Shown: positions 1 to 13,241, counted from the first letter of the whole stretch. The stretch: DNA of 63,868 nucleotides, filler included, from Octopus bimaculoides (GCF_001194135.2; 7 parts of 7 records of this genome joined end to end with filler, not necessarily neighbours in it), one strand, 5' to 3'. The notes: generated by a model not told the origin, from the sequence alone. Translations and numbers: made by a program.

Positions 1-80
<80 letters not shown>

Positions 81-422
81 GAAACAGACTCGAAGGTGCT
101 GTTCTGTATGATTAAGAGATTAACACTTATATTATGCAGTAAAATCGATGAAAAGAATATAGTGTACTTGTCATAAAGAGTATAAAATCCAACGTTTTGC
201 ACACCCAGTCCTTCTTCAACGGGAAAGTTGAATGGGATAGAAATTAATGGAAGACAACAGGGTTAAACATCCTCCAAGTTGCAAAATCAATGTGAGAAAC
301 AGTGTAATAAGAAAGGAGGAAGTAAAGAAAGGAGGCATAGCAGGTAAAATGGAAAGAAACAAATTCAGAACAAAATTATTCTCACTCTTGAGTTTATATT
401 ATGGAAGTACGCGCGCGCGCGC

Positions 423-471
<49 letters not shown>

Positions 472-609
472 CACACACAGCCTCACACATGCACACATGC
501 ATGCACATACATACACAAACACACACACACACACCATACCTTTGTCTCTCTTGTTCTGTTTATACATACATACAAAAAATCATAGAGATAGACGGGAGCG
601 AGTGTGTGT

Positions 610-645
<36 letters not shown>

Positions 646-900
646 ATATATATATATATCTCGTGAATTTATTTATTATTTTTCTATGTGCGACTGTGGA
701 TTTTCATGGATTAGTTCATGAAATTTGGTTCTTTTCTCTAAAACTATATATTTATATTTCGTACTGTGATACTTAATTTAATTTTAATTTTTAATAAATT
801 GAATTTAATTGAGTTTTTACCTGTAAGTTTGGTTTTTTATCCCAAATATTATTATATATATACACACACACACATGCACACACACACACACGCACACACG

Positions 901-959
<59 letters not shown>

Positions 960-1654
960 GCACAAACACACATACNNNNNNNNNNNNNNNNNNNNNNNNN
1001 NNNNNNNNNNNNNNNNNNNNNNNNNNNNNNNNNNNNNNNNNNNNNNNNNNNNNNNNNNNNNNNNNNNNNNNNNNNNNNNNNNNNNNNNNNNNNNNNNNNN
1101 NNNNNNNNNNNNNNNNNNNNNNNNNNNNNNNNNNNNNNNNNNNNNNNNNNNNNNNNNNNNNNNNNNNNNNNNNNNNNNNNNNNNNNNNNNNNNNNNNNNN
1201 NNNNNNNNNNNNNNNNNNNNNNNNNNNNNNNNNNNNNNNNNNNNNNNNNNNNNNNNNNNNNNNNNNNNNNNNNNNNNNNNNNNNNNNNNNNNNNNNNNNN
1301 NNNNNNNNNNNNNNNNNNNNNNNNNNNNNNNNNNNNNNNNNNNNNNNNNNNNNNNNNNNNNNNNNNNNNNNNNNNNNNNNNNNNNNNNNNNNNNNNNNNN
1401 NNNNNNNNNNNNNNNNNNNNNNNNNNNNNNNNNNNNNNNNNNNNNNNNNNNNNNNNNNNNNNNNNNNNNNNNNNNNNNNNNNNNNNNNNNNNNNNNNNNN
1501 NNNNNNNNNNNNNNNNNNNNNNNNNNNNNNNNNNNNNNNNNNNNNNNNNNNNNNNNNNNNNNNNNNNNNNNNNNNNNNNNNNNNNNNNNNNNNATATATA
1601 GGAGGCCAAAAGTGTACGTACGCCACTATATGTATATATATAAAAAAATAAAAC

Positions 1655-1955
1655 AAAAAATGGAACAAGACTGTAACAGAGGACACAACAAAACATCCGG
1701 ACAGTTAGACGATGCAAAAAAGGACAGGAAAAAACAAAGCCGGGTCATTCGGAGCTTTCTATCTTCAGCCGAGTTCCAGATTGTCATTGCAGTTTTGGCC
1801 GGTTACACTCGAGACTGCTCTAATCTGACCAGCCCCAAGAAAATCTGAGCTAAGAGCACTAGATTCTTTGGAAGAAAGCAAGCGAATATATACGAAATCA
1901 AGGACGTCGTTTGCTTTCTTCCACGACGGAAAAAGAATTACAGAAGTTGTAAACA
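1655..1955 (-). repeat. Dispersed repeat (possibly Penelope-type terminal repeat), homologous to 63436-63700
   Basis: Shared blocks with 63436-63700: cggaca/cggacg-gttagacgat, aaggacagg.aaaacaa, ggtcattcg, ct.atctaagagca.taga..ctttg.aagaaagc.agcgaat. Confidence 0.6.
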
Positions 1956-2411
1956 AAAACCTTTTTTACTATCTTCATTTCTCCCTTGTTTTTCTCCCTC
2001 TTAACTTAGTATGACGGAACCTTTGGTGTTCCACGTTTTTTATCGATCACTTCTAATACTATTGAATTTTGTACAATTAAACAAGATGATCCACATTTTT
2101 TTTAAATTTTTGAATGTTGTGAACATTTCAATCATATTTGATATTATTGAAACTTGCAAACATTGAATCTTTTAAACATGTTTTTNNNNNNNNNNNNNNN
2201 NNNNNNNNNNNNNNNNNNNNNNNNNNNNNNNNNNNNNNNNNNNNNNNNNNNNNNNNNNNNNNNNNNNNNNNNNNNNNNNNNNNNNNNNNNNNNNNNNNNN
2301 NNNNNNNNNNNNNNNNNNNNNNNNNNNNNNNNNNNNNNNNNNNNNNNNNNNNNNNNNNNNNNNNNNNNNNNNNNNNNNNNNNNNNNNNNNNNNNNNNNNN
2401 NNNNNNNNNNN

Positions 2412-2758
2412 AGGATCGCGGTTTCGATTCCCAGATCGAGCGTTGTGAGTGTTTATTGAGCGAAAACACCTAAAGATCCACGAGGCTCCGGTAGGGGATG
2501 GTGGCGAACACTGCTGTACTCTTTCACCACAACTTTCTCTCACTCTTACTTCCTGTTTCTGTTGTGCCTGTAATTCAAAGGGTCAGCCTTGTCACACTGT
2601 GTCACGCTGAATATCCCCGAGAACTACGTTAAGGGTACACGTGTCTGTGGAGTGCTCAGCCACTTGCACGTTAATTTCACGAGCAGGCTGTTCCGTTGAT
2701 CGGATCAACTGGAACCCTCGACGTCGTAAGCGACGGAGTGCCAACAACAACAACAACA
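2412..2758 (+). mobile_element. tRNA-derived SINE with (CAA)n tail (5' end in a gap)
   Basis: Starts with a B-box-like ggtttcgattccc. The central block gtaattcaaagggtcagccttgtcac...gttaatttcacgagcagg also occurs at 34955-35135 and 35450-35545. Ends in caacaacaacaac. Confidence 0.75.
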
Positions 2759-3420
2759 CATGGTGATAAAAATATACTTCCAATGTTAAACGTCATAGGA
2801 AAAGTAACAATTACATATCTATCTATCTCCCTCTCCTTTCATCCTCCTCCTCCTCCTCTCTCTCTCTCCATCTCTCTATACATATAATGCTGCTTCTGGG
2901 GTATCCCAAGTCATAGGCTAGCATCTCCATACACTGGGTATTCCGTAATCACAGACAAAGTGAGTATGTATGAAAGTTCTAGACAGGAAGATTCACAGTT
3001 TATAAGGAATAAAATAGTAGATAGAAGAATAAAGAGTAAAAGAGTAGATAGAATACAGACAGGAGAATAAAGTTAACAGCTCATCTTCTTGCAGAGGGTA
3101 TGGAGGTTGGTCCATACTTCCGTGAAGATATAGGCCCTTAGGTATAATCACAGGTAAATCCAGGCAGTACTTTGGCAGTATTTTGAATGTTGCGTTCATG
3201 TTGAAGGAATGAATTAAGTGGTTCAAGTGGTTTAAGTGTAACCACTTGAGATACTCGTCCTGCTTTGGTTTTTGTTGTCCTTTTTCTTCTAATAAAATAT
3301 ATACCTGCAAACTCGGGAGCCTAATACGGATCCCTAGCTCCAGCCTCAACTGTGAACTTGAAACCTAACGGATGACCAATTAAAGCACTTAGCGTACCTA
3401 TTCGTATAGATCACCATATA

Positions 3421-4190
3421 CAGGGTATGGTGAATATTTTGTCTAAATTAAGCAAAAACGAAAATAATAATGACAGCTCATTTTAACAGATATATTTACC
3501 AAAATTACATCAAAATATTTTGAAATACTAAAGAGTAAATTTATTCAATGGCTTCAACTATGGCCTTCAGACGACTTTGGATTCTTCTGCAACTCTTCTG
3601 GACGCTCTCTTTGTTTAAGTTGATGGATGCTGCCATAATACTTGCCTTCAGTCATCTTTGGTATTACTAGGAGTTTTGTTGGTCTCTCGCTCAACTACGC
3701 CCCACACATAACATTCAAGGGAGTTGCAGTATCAGGAGTTAGGTGGCTAGATGTTAGGGGTGATGTGGTCACAGAAATTGTCTGACAGCCATGACTGGGT
3801 TCTCCTGCTTGTGTGGCATGGTGCAGAGTCCTGTTGCCAGACATAGGGTCGTCCAGCAGCTACTCTCTTCACTCAGGGCAGCACGCTACCTCCACCAGGC
3901 ACTTGATGTAGGCCTCCGTGTTGAGTTTGAGGCTGTGTTGGAAGATGAATGGAGGCATAATGTCGCCATCACCAGTGATCATTCTAAACACCATGATGTT
4001 GACTGGATGCTTGATTTTTGTCACTCTCGGTACAAGTCCCCAGATTGACCCTATCCTCAGATTGACACCCAAACACTCTGAAATGTTTTATTGGAGCTTC
4101 CAGCATGAATGCCAAGCAGTACATGTCGTTTCCAAATTTCTAGGAGAGTGAATTGCGTCATGGTGCTGTTTTTCTCACAGTTGGTGCTCA
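3421..4190 (-). mobile_element. Tc1/mariner superfamily (maT/DD37D-like) transposon relic
   Basis: Minus-strand frames give KHPVNIMVFRMITGDGDIMPPFIFQHSLKLNTEAYIKCLVEV, SWLSDNFCDHITPNI*PPNS and YMWGVVERETNKTPSNTKDD. The terminus TA|CAGGGT is at 3419-3426. Confidence 0.8.
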
Positions 4191-4329
4191 ACGGATCCTA
4201 TTATACTGTGTAATCAACAAAATCAAAAACAAACAATGCGCAATATTTAATATATGAAATGGCGACAATTTACCCATTTCACTCTCTATATATTAATACA
4301 GTTTTACAGTATTACAAGCAGCCTTACCA

Positions 4330-5110
4330 AATAGTTTCACACTGGATATTAGATAACTTGCGTACTCCCGAAAAAAACCCAGTAGACATACTCTGTAAAA
4401 TTTTTAGCGAGAACAGCTCGTTCTTCAATACACGAATGTATAGTCTGAACCTAGAAAAGAACAACGAGGAGGACTACATCACATATGCTGGTAGAGTTAA
4501 AAGAAAACGTGAAAAGTTCAAACTGGGCGAGTTAGCGTCAGACATGTTTAAGTTCCTGATATTTATTCAGGGACTAACTGCAGAAAAAGACGCAGAAGTA
4601 AGAACAAGAATTCTTGCTAAGCTGGACAAAATCAAGCTGTAAATTTACAGCAAGTGTCAGAAGAGTGTGAAAGAATAGTAAATTTAAGATACGACACAGA
4701 GAAAATTGAACCTAAAGATTACTCCGAAGTGAAACAAGTGCGAAACAGGCAGTAATAGAAATCAAGTGTGTATTATAATACAGTACAAACAGGATAAAAA
4801 TCAGGAAACAAACCCATGTTTTTCATGTGGAGGTCTACACCTGAGCAAAAAAACTGCCCATTTAAGAAAGTAGAATGTCTCCGTTGTGGAAAACTTGGAT
4901 ACGTTAAAACGTACTGTAAAATCAAGATGACAAAACGTTCGGAAAAAAAGAAAAAAGTGTAAACAAGATGTCGTCGAAAGAAAATGGTAATATAACAAAG
5001 AGGAAATTTGTAAATGTGAAAATTGAAAATATATGAGTGAAAATGTAGTTAGACACGGTAAGTGATATTACCATTGTGACTGAAGAAACTAGGAGGTACA
5101 TCAATAAGCC
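4330..5110 (+). mobile_element. Ty3/gypsy LTR retrotransposon relic: gag with zinc knuckles plus aspartic protease start
   Basis: Gag-like EDYITYAGRVKRKREKFKLGELASDMFKFLIFIQGLTAEKDAEVRTRILAKLD, knuckle-like CFSCGGLH and CLRCGKLG, and protease-like LDTVSDITIVTEET near 5050-5090. Contains frameshifts and stops. Confidence 0.8.
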
Positions 5111-6302
5111 AAACTTAAGTAAATCATTTTACTTCATCCGAAAAATTCGCCATATTTGTTATATTTTTAGAAAATGGATAGATTTTTGAAAGTGAAATAC
5201 AATTTCAAAACCCGAAGGACCGAAACTTAACGAAGCCAACGAACCACAAAGATTGGTATCTGGCTTATTAACAAACTGCAGACATACTCAGCGTTGCGTG
5301 GGGTTTAAATAGCATAGTTTGTATATATGGTACAGTTAAGTTGAAACATGTGATACGGGGAAGTGCAGCATTGACGACAAAACATTTGTGGAGTAAATGA
5401 AGGGCTAATTCGACTATGTAACATGTCATGTGACTGCTTGGAAAATTTCAGGCCCTAACCTTGTCATGGAAAAGTGGGTGGAGGTATGTGATTTTAGAAC
5501 GCTCCAAGAAGCTCTCAGTGGACATACTCTCCTTTGCGGCTGTCGGCACTGTCGCTACCATGCTGAACAATCAGCAGACATAGCAACTATATCGATGTGA
5601 TAAATTAAGCCACTGCGCGTGCTCAAAAGCACCACTTGAAAGAAATCTACATGAAAAGAATGACGTGGTCAGGGGAGATGGGGGAAGGAAGCGTTTGAAA
5701 ACAACCCTGTGATGCGATATTTACATTTGAAATCAATAGTCGTGGCTCAACCGTGCCCGCCTCTGTGTAAACAGCGTGCGATAATTATGAGAACAAATCT
5801 GCTTCTAAACAAGAAACAATTCTGCATGCAGCATCCAGATACGCAAGGCCACATTAAGAACACGGTCTCTAACTAACGTGGTTGGATCTCAGACACTATA
5901 AATTAGTAGGTTAATGTACATGCGATATTTCGGTTTGTAATCAAGGGCTGAAGAATATTTGTATGGGCTTCGCCTATGCTGAGAAGGAAGATTTTGATCC
6001 GGAAGCCAAAAGAAGATAGTTGAATAGTTGCTCAGGATTTAACATATTTTAACATATCTTTCATAACAAAAATAGTGCGTTCCAAACAATTTTCATTCCA
6101 ACAAATTGCCACCTAAGGTACTACGGGAATAGGCTATTATTACTACCACTTAGGCAACGCAGTTGAATCGGTTCCTCTATTTAATACAACCTACTTACAT
6201 CATTTCAATAGCTGTTTGAAGAGAAGCAATGCGTGGACCATGTGGATAGTCGTACGTACTCCAGGGAAGGGGATCTTCTGCGCCCAGGGGCTCCATTACT
6301 CG

Positions 6303-6720
6303 TTATGTGAAAAAGCTTAAGAGTCTAAAACCATTTTTGGAACATAAGTAATGTATGTTCCCAGTATGGAGAAAATCAGTTGCGCGCGTGCAAACACACA
6401 CTCACACACACACATCCTCAGTTTTACATATATATATATCATTATATATATTATTATTAGAGGTAGAGAAATTAACATAAGCACGTCATCAAGAGTAATG
6501 TCCCTTGAACCAACGAAGCAATCAAGTTATGCGATTGTTTGTACTGTTTATACAGGAAAGGAGGTTTATGTGAAAACTTTTAAAAGTTTAAAACCATTTC
6601 TGGAACATAAATGATGTATGTTCCCAGTTTGGAGAAAATCAGTTGCAAACTTCAGGAGTTATCCGGATTTACACACACACACACACACATATATCCTCAG
6701 TTATATATATATATATATAT
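6303..6720. repeat. Local tandem duplication (~80-bp unique core plus CA/TA tail, two copies)
   Basis: 6303-6383 and 6566-6646 share ttatgtgaaaa...aaaaccattt.tggaacataa...atgtatgttcccagt.tggagaaaatcagttgc. Each copy is followed by (CA)n and atcctcagtt. Confidence 0.8.
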
Positions 6721-6873
6721 ATTACAGAGAGAGAGAGAGAGAGACAGAGACAGACAGACAGACAGACAGACAGNNNNNNNNNNNNNNNNNNNNNNNNNNN
6801 NNNNNNNNNNNNNNNNNNNNNNNNNNNNNNNNNNNNNNNNNNNNNNNNNNNNNNNNNNNNNNNNNNNNNNNNN

Positions 6874-7086
6874 TGAGTAAAAATCTTGAGAAGTACATGG
6901 AACAAATAGGGGCTGAAATAAGGATGGTGCACTTGCAGAACACAGCACTTCTTGGAACTGCTCAAATACTCTGGATGGTGCTCGAAAAATAAGAGGTGTT
7001 ACCTTAGTTCACTGGTAGTGAACAGCTTGCACCGTAGTACATCTCCAGCGTTAGTAGCTGTGCCAAGGCAATAATAATAATAATAG
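6874..7086 (+). mobile_element. R4/Dong-like (REL-endonuclease) non-LTR retrotransposon 3' end with (TAA)n tail
   Basis: SKNLEKYMEQIGAEIRMVHLQNTALLGTAQILWMVLEK* plus a 3'UTR nearly identical to 18480-18680. Confidence 0.8.
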
Positions 7087-7109
7087 GTTGCTGCAAAAAA
7101 CAGACGATT

Positions 7110-7900
7110 TTTGCTGATGAAAGGAACCCTAAAATAAGAGACGCAGAGCACTATACTGGCTGCGCAAGCCCGAGCTTTGGCCACGAACTGGAGGGTCAAC
7201 CTTAGGAATGAGCAAATATCTTCGCTGTGTTGTATCTCCAATAGGGTGGATGAAGCCATTGCCTATATCACGAATGAATGCTCTAGACCTGCCCAAAACC
7301 ACTACAAGTTGTGGCGATACGATTAGGTAGTGAAAGTGCTACACTGGAAACTGTTCGAAAAGTGGAGGCTAGAGAGAGGCAAGACGTGGTATGAGCACAA
7401 ATCGCAGGGAGTGGCGGAGTCGTCGGAGACTAGCAAAATCCTCTGGGATATCCCAATTCAAACAGATCAGGTACTAGAGCATAACAGACCGTACCTAGTG
7501 GTGGTGGACATGGTGCTCCATAGATGCTATATAGTTGACCACGAATAGTCAAGAAGGAAGGCGAAAAATTAGATAAATACAACCCTCTTAAGTTCGAAAT
7601 AGACCGGCTATGGGAGATGAGGAAGGTGAAGAAAGTGCCAATTATTGTTGAGTCTTTGGGAATAGTATCAGAAGGTATCAAGGGGAATATCTAGGAAATT
7701 GGAAGAGAGTGCCCAGTAGAACTGTTACAAGAGTTTGCCTCCTTGGCATGGCCAGAATAGTGAGGAAAGCATTAGATAGCTGAAAAGAATGGGTAGTATG
7801 GTACCGTAGGTTGCTTGTAGCAAGTCCACTACGCATATAAGACTCCAAGAGCTCCAACAAAAGCTGTGATAAAGAGAAATAATAATGACAATGATTATAA
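7110..7900 (+). mobile_element. R4/Dong-like retrotransposon relic (zinc knuckle plus REL endonuclease region)
   Basis: ETQSTILAAQARALATNW...DEAIAYITNEC, then VLHWKLFEKW...WYEH...KILWDIPIQTDQVLEHNRPYLVVVD, then KVPIIVESLGIV. Confidence 0.8.
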
Positions 7901-9179
7901 CAATAGTAAAGAAAAAAAACAAATAATGTTAATAAAAACTCTTTTTAGAGCCATGGAGAAACAGGTTGGTATCCGGTGGGGCTTAAGGTTGCTTCTTGAA
8001 GAGGTTAACTGTTCTGAAGATGTTGTTCCAATAGAAACACCAGTGGTTGTCTCATCTCAAAGGACCCGAGTTGTAGTCTGATGTAATTAAATCTGTGACA
8101 TGGAGAAGAGGGACTCTTCAGCCGCGTTTCGATATGAACAGCGTCTTTCTCACTAATCACAACAAATTACTAGGAATAAACGGAATTGAAAGCGAAAGAA
8201 AAACAGAGAACATGAATGACGTTAACGTGAATAGAACTGTTATGATCTGCAGATATGCTGTGCTTGAGCATGCAGTAATTGGTCATCATCCAATAATTAT
8301 TCGATGATAATTATTCGTGGGAGATGGAGATGTAGTAAAGAGGATATGCAGTTTAGACGGAACGGTCTCTGAGGGAAAAGAATAAAGAAGGTGGAGGTAT
8401 TGGTAGAAGATTGCTCAGAAATTGGTAAAGCAAATTTATGTTTGAGTTGACAGAAAAGTTAATGAATCAGGCATGCAAGATTCAATGAAGAAATTTACTA
8501 ACGCTAGTTGAAATGGAGAGTGTACAGAAAGGAATCAGCGAGGAGACAATGAACGTCGAAGAAAAAGTGAATGGAGGTATCGTAAAGGTTGAAGAGTTAA
8601 ATGAAAACAGTGATTGTGTGGAAATAAGTATTATTCACATGGAAGCTGAAAATAATAATATAATCAATGATGATAGGATTGATAATAATAAACATTTGGA
8701 AACACATGCAAATGATACTTCTGTCATGGAAACAAAATTGTAATATCTGAAGATTTGAAAGACGAACAGCAAAATATCAATATCTTGATACAGTTTTTAG
8801 TATGGTTGGTTAGTTATATATTCTTCGCTGGTTGTTCACAATATGAGGTAGGTTGCGTGTTAAGACAATAATTACACTAAAGTTTAATGGAATTTTGAAA
8901 TAGTTTATTAATCTGCAACGTTAATATCTACAAATGTACATTCAAGGAATTAATATTGCAGACCCATGCTCAAAGCAGTGTCTATAGCAGCAAAAACCCT
9001 AACCTAACCCTGCTCACTTGGACCATGTTTGGTACTTTTATCTATCTTTCAACAAATTTTCTAGAAACTAGCACTTACCTTTTCACCCTCATTTTCCTTT
9101 TCAAGTGAAACTTGAAGACGTTTATAAAGGGTTGACAGAGGGAAATGGTGTCTTTTTTTATTTATATCAATCTGGTTCA

Positions 9180-9530
9180 TAACACAACCAATTTCGCCAA
9201 ATCCATCAGACAATTAAAAATTGCCTGCTCCTTTCTGGCTTGAGGAAGGCAGGAAGACGATCTTCACGATAGACTCAATTGATAACTCTCAGGTATTCGA
9301 CATAATTTCACAAGTCAGCAATACTCGGAAACTGGATGTGTAGAACGGTTTCATTACTCCGTGTACATCTCGGACAAGCCCAGCAGACGACACTTCCATA
9401 CCTCTACAGTTTTTACGTCAAAGTAGCTATGCTTTCTCTCACTGTAGATCTGCCAGTACAGGAATTTCTGGAAATTATCAATGGACCCATGCCTGAAAGT
9501 CATCCGGAACAAACAAACCATTGATTTTTT
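9180..9530 (+). mobile_element. Penelope-like reverse transcriptase fragment
   Basis: LYSFYVKVAMLSLTVDLPVQEFLEII resembles the Penelope RT motif SFDVxSLxTxxPxxExLEII. Heavily decayed. Confidence 0.5.
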
Positions 9531-9649
9531 TATCGACACTCAGAGTAACCACAAGAACGTCGTAGTCATCTTTCCTTTCTACTAATCTTCTATGGTTATT
9601 TGATAAATAAATAAATAAATAAATAATAAACATGATTAAATTAAATAGA

Positions 9650-9809
9650 TTTGACCGTAGTTGTGTGATAAGAAGTTCGCTTCTTAACCACATGGCTCCG
9701 GGTTCAGTCCCATTATGTGGTACCTTGGGCAAATGTTTTCTACTATAGTCTCGGACCAAGCCAAACCTTGTGACTGGATTTGGTGGACGGAAACTGAAAG
9801 AAGCTCGTC

Positions 9810-9815
<6 letters not shown>
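9650..9815 (+). mobile_element. tRNA-derived SINE head (abundant family) followed by (TA)n(TG)n
   Basis: gtgtgataagaagttcgcttcttaaccacatggctccgggttcagtccc...ccttgggcaaatg...ggaaactgaaagaagctcgtcg. Homologous to 55578-55735. Confidence 0.8.
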
Positions 9816-9896
<81 letters not shown>

Positions 9897-9929
9897 TGTT
9901 TATGTATTTATGTATGTATGTATGTTAGG

Positions 9930-10600
9930 TCACTTATGAGGCTCTCGTAAGTGCTACTGGTAACATGGAAGCCAGTACAACCTGTTAAAAGGTCGGATGA
10001 ACCTTGTGCAGGCTCAACGGCTATCTAGCAATAGCACGGCTACGCAGAAATTCTGGGATAGTGTCCGGCGTGCTAGAAGACCACTGGGAGTGAGTCACCC
10101 TTCAGCTTCTGTTGAAGCATGTCTCTAGGAGAAGGTCACTCTGATATAAAACCAGATATGCAGGGAATGACATTAGACATACTGGGGATCATTGGTTTGT
10201 GCTAGAGATCATGGCGCTCCCACATCCCTGAGCCTGCGACTTATATTGGCACCAGACATCTCGTTATGGCTTGTCTCTGGATAATGTGAATAGAGTGCAG
10301 AGGATCTGTGAGGCGTCGTGCAAGCCTTATTGGACCTAAAACTCTGTAGAGGTATTGTTGGCCTCTGCTCGATATGTGCTGCTCTTTTTTTTTTTTTCCT
10401 ATATATATTTATTTTATCGAAAGCGCAATGGTAGCATAGTAAATGGGGAAAGCTTGGTTTGCAATGTTTGCAGTCGTGTATGCTTGTTAAGAGCAGGGCT
10501 ATTTAGCCACCAACGGAGCCGCAAATGCAAAATATAAGTCAGTGCTAGAGCGCACAATCTCCCTAAAGGTCAGCAATGGTCTTCCTCGGTCACGAGTGGA
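9930..10600 (+). mobile_element. RTE-clade LINE 3' relic with C-terminal C2H2-like finger
   Basis: CNVCSRVCLLRAGLFSHQRSRKC near 10457-10530, followed by a catcatcat-like tail. Confidence 0.5.
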
Positions 10601-10772
10601 CGGCCATCATCATGTATGTATGTATATGAGTCTGATCTTTTGTAGTAGTGTGACAACTCCGGACATGTTTCGGTATTTAAAAGCGTGGTATAGCAATGTC
10701 TTCTACACACATACATACGATGAGCTTATTTCAGTATCTATCTACGAAATAAACTCGCGAGGCTTTAGCCGA

Positions 10773-10852
10773 CCCGAGACTATTGTAGAAACACTTTCCT
10801 AAAGTGCCACTGCGTGGGCACTTTAGGCAAGTGTTTCTACTATGGCCTCGGC
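10773..10852. repeat. Fold-back inverted repeat derived from the SINE head
   Basis: Arms are about 36 bp (ccgagactattgtagaaacactttcctaaagtgcc and ggcactttaggcaagtgtttctactatggcctcgg), with an 8-nt loop actgcgtg. Confidence 0.8.
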
Positions 10853-10884
10853 TCCACTTGTGATACACCGCAGCCTGTCTTGAA

Positions 10885-11170
10885 ATACTAGGCTTTTTGA
10901 AGAAAGAGCAAAAGAAACCGATGCAGATTCTCAAAACCCAATCTATTAGCGGCACAATGAAGATTTTCCAAAGATTCTCCATCTGAGATTCTTTAGGCGA
11001 ACAACTGCACACACATGGATGTGTACAATGACACATCGACCAACACTCCAACTTACCATACATTTACAAGCACCGGAAAGTCTCTTAACTCAAAAAGTCT
11101 TGTCGCTTTGTTAGGAACCGGCTCGAACTCTCTTAAGAAGAACTTCAATAAAACTCAAGGCAAAAACATA
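10885..11170. repeat. Unclassified dispersed repeat, second copy at about 36955-37190
   Basis: Shared blocks aaagagcaaaagaaac.gatgcagattctc, ttagcggcaca.tgaagatt and gaactt.aataaaactcaagg.aaaa. Confidence 0.7.
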
Positions 11171-11239
11171 CATACATACATACATACATGCATACATGCA
11201 TACATGCATACATGCATATATACATACATACCACTTGAA

Positions 11240-11620
11240 GAGTATGCGTTTGCAATCCAGGAACAGGAAATATCAACCAAATACCTGATTTACAAAAGGG
11301 ATAGGGATACAGGAAAAGCAGTAAAATGTGACAACCGATGCAGACTTTGTGGAATTAACACCGATACATACATACATACATACATACATACATACATACA
11401 TACATACATACATACATAGAGATACGTAAGGGACAGTGCAGACGGCCTTCAAATGCCGTATGATATCACTCAGGTAGCACCTGTTAAACAACAGCAGCGA
11501 AAAAAAAATATATTAACGCAGTCCTGAAAAGGGAAATGAGCAACATTGTACGAGTTGGCAGTGAATTCCTGAAGAAGCACTCTCTTCCTGATAATCTCCT
11601 ATACAGCTCTAAAACAGCTG
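11240..11620 (+). mobile_element. R4/Dong-like fragments interrupted by (TACA)n
   Basis: FAIQEQEISTKYLIYKRDRD...CDNRCRLCG, plus a C-terminal/3'UTR fragment after 11418. Confidence 0.65.
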
Positions 11621-11627
11621 GGCTTTC

Positions 11628-11856
11628 TTATTTCCTTATTGCCCACGCGGGGCTAAACATAGAAGGGACAAACAAGGACAGACAAAGGGATTAAGTCGAT
11701 TACATCGACCCCAGTGCGTAACTGGTACTTATTTAATCGACCCCGAAAGGATGAAAGGCAAAGTTGACCTCGGCGGAATTTGAACTCAGAACGTAACGGC
11801 AGACGAAATACTGCTAAGCATTTCGCCCGGCGTGCTAACGTTTCTGCCAGCTCGCC
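11628..11856 (-). mobile_element. tRNA-derived SINE, little-diverged copy
   Basis: Minus strand ggcgagctggcagaaacgttagcacgccgggcgaaatgc...gagttcaaattccgccgaggtc has A/B-box-like elements. Older copies lie at 18815-19010, 28120-28260, 33370-33780 and 57640-57840. Confidence 0.85.
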
Positions 11857-13241
11857 TTATATATATATGTGTGTNNNNNNNNNNNNNNNNNNNNNNNNNN
11901 NNNNNNNNNNNNNNNNNNNNNNNNNNNNNNNNNNNNNNNNNNNNNNNNNNNNNNNNNNNNNNNNNNNNNNNNNNNNNNNNNNNNNNNNNNNNNNNNNNNN
12001 NNNNNNNNNNNNNNNNNNNNNNNNNNNNNNNNNNNNNNNNNNNNNNNNNNNNNNNNNNNNNNNNNNNNNNNNNNNNNNNNNNNNNNNNNNNNNNNNNNNN
12101 NNNNNNNNNNNNNNNNNNNNNNNNNNNNNNNNNNNNNNNNNNNNNNNNNNNNNNNNNNNNNNNNNNNNNNNNNNNNNNNNNNNNNNNNNNNNNNNNNNNN
12201 NNNNNNNNNNNNNNNNNNNNNNNNNNNNNNNNNNNNNNNNNNNNNNNNNNNNNNNNNNNNNNNNNNNNNNNNNNNNNNNNNNNNNNNNNNNNNNNNNNNN
12301 NNNNNNNNNNNNNNNNNNNNNNNNNNNNNNNNNNNNNNNNNNNNNNNNNNNNNNNNNNNNNNNNNNNNNNNNNNNNNNNNNNNNNNNNNNNNNNNNNNNN
12401 NNNNNNNNNNNNNNNNNNNNNNNNNNNNNNNNNNNNNNNNNNNNNNNNNNNNNNNNNNNNNNNNNNNNNNNNNNNNNNNNNNNNNNNNNNNNNNNNNNNN
12501 NNNNNNNNNNNNNNNNNNNNNNNNNNNNNNNNNNNNNNNNNNNNNNNNNNNNNNNNNNNNNNNNNNNNNNNNNNNNNNNNNNNNNNNNNNNNNNNNNNNN
12601 NNNNNNNNNNNNNNNNNNNNNNNNNNNNNNNNNNNNNNNNNNNNNNNNNNNNNNNNNNNNNNNNNNNNNNNNNNNNNNNNNNNNNNNNNNTTTTTTTTTT
12701 TTTTTTTTTTCTACTTTGCTTTATTTCGTGTGTGTCTCTTCTCAAGTAACATGTAACATTGTTGATGTTTACATGTCCGTGTCGTAATTTCGTTCACAAT
12801 AGTTTTATATTTTTATCTCTCTTCCATCCCACCAACCAGGCACTAAAATGAAAACACCTCGACTTTTAACATTAAAACAAACTACCTAACAACCAACATC
12901 ATTTAGTATATTATACTATATTTAAAAAAAAAAAACACTTGTGGGCTGAAATCAAGTGACTGACTGCATCAGCGACTCGCACGAAGAGTAGGAATCAATG
13001 ACGTCACTGAGTGTAATGTATTCACAGCACAGTGCCAGACGGTTTCCGTAGAAACCACACTTCACTGCTGGAAACATATTACAGATAGTTCGTGAACAAT
13101 ATACTTAGAAAAGTGTTTACACATACACACAAATGCACTCACTAGTTGCACACCACATTTCAGCGATGTGCGTTTCTGTTTCATTTACATATATATANNN
13201 NNNNNNNNNNNNNNNNNNNNNNNNNNNNNNNNNNNNNNNNN

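Noticed and set aside
6036-6117. DLTYFNISFITKIVRSKQF as a possible LRR exon of the GPCR
   Set aside because: The acceptor is weak, an in-frame stop precedes the donor, and the LxxLxLxxN spacing is not met.
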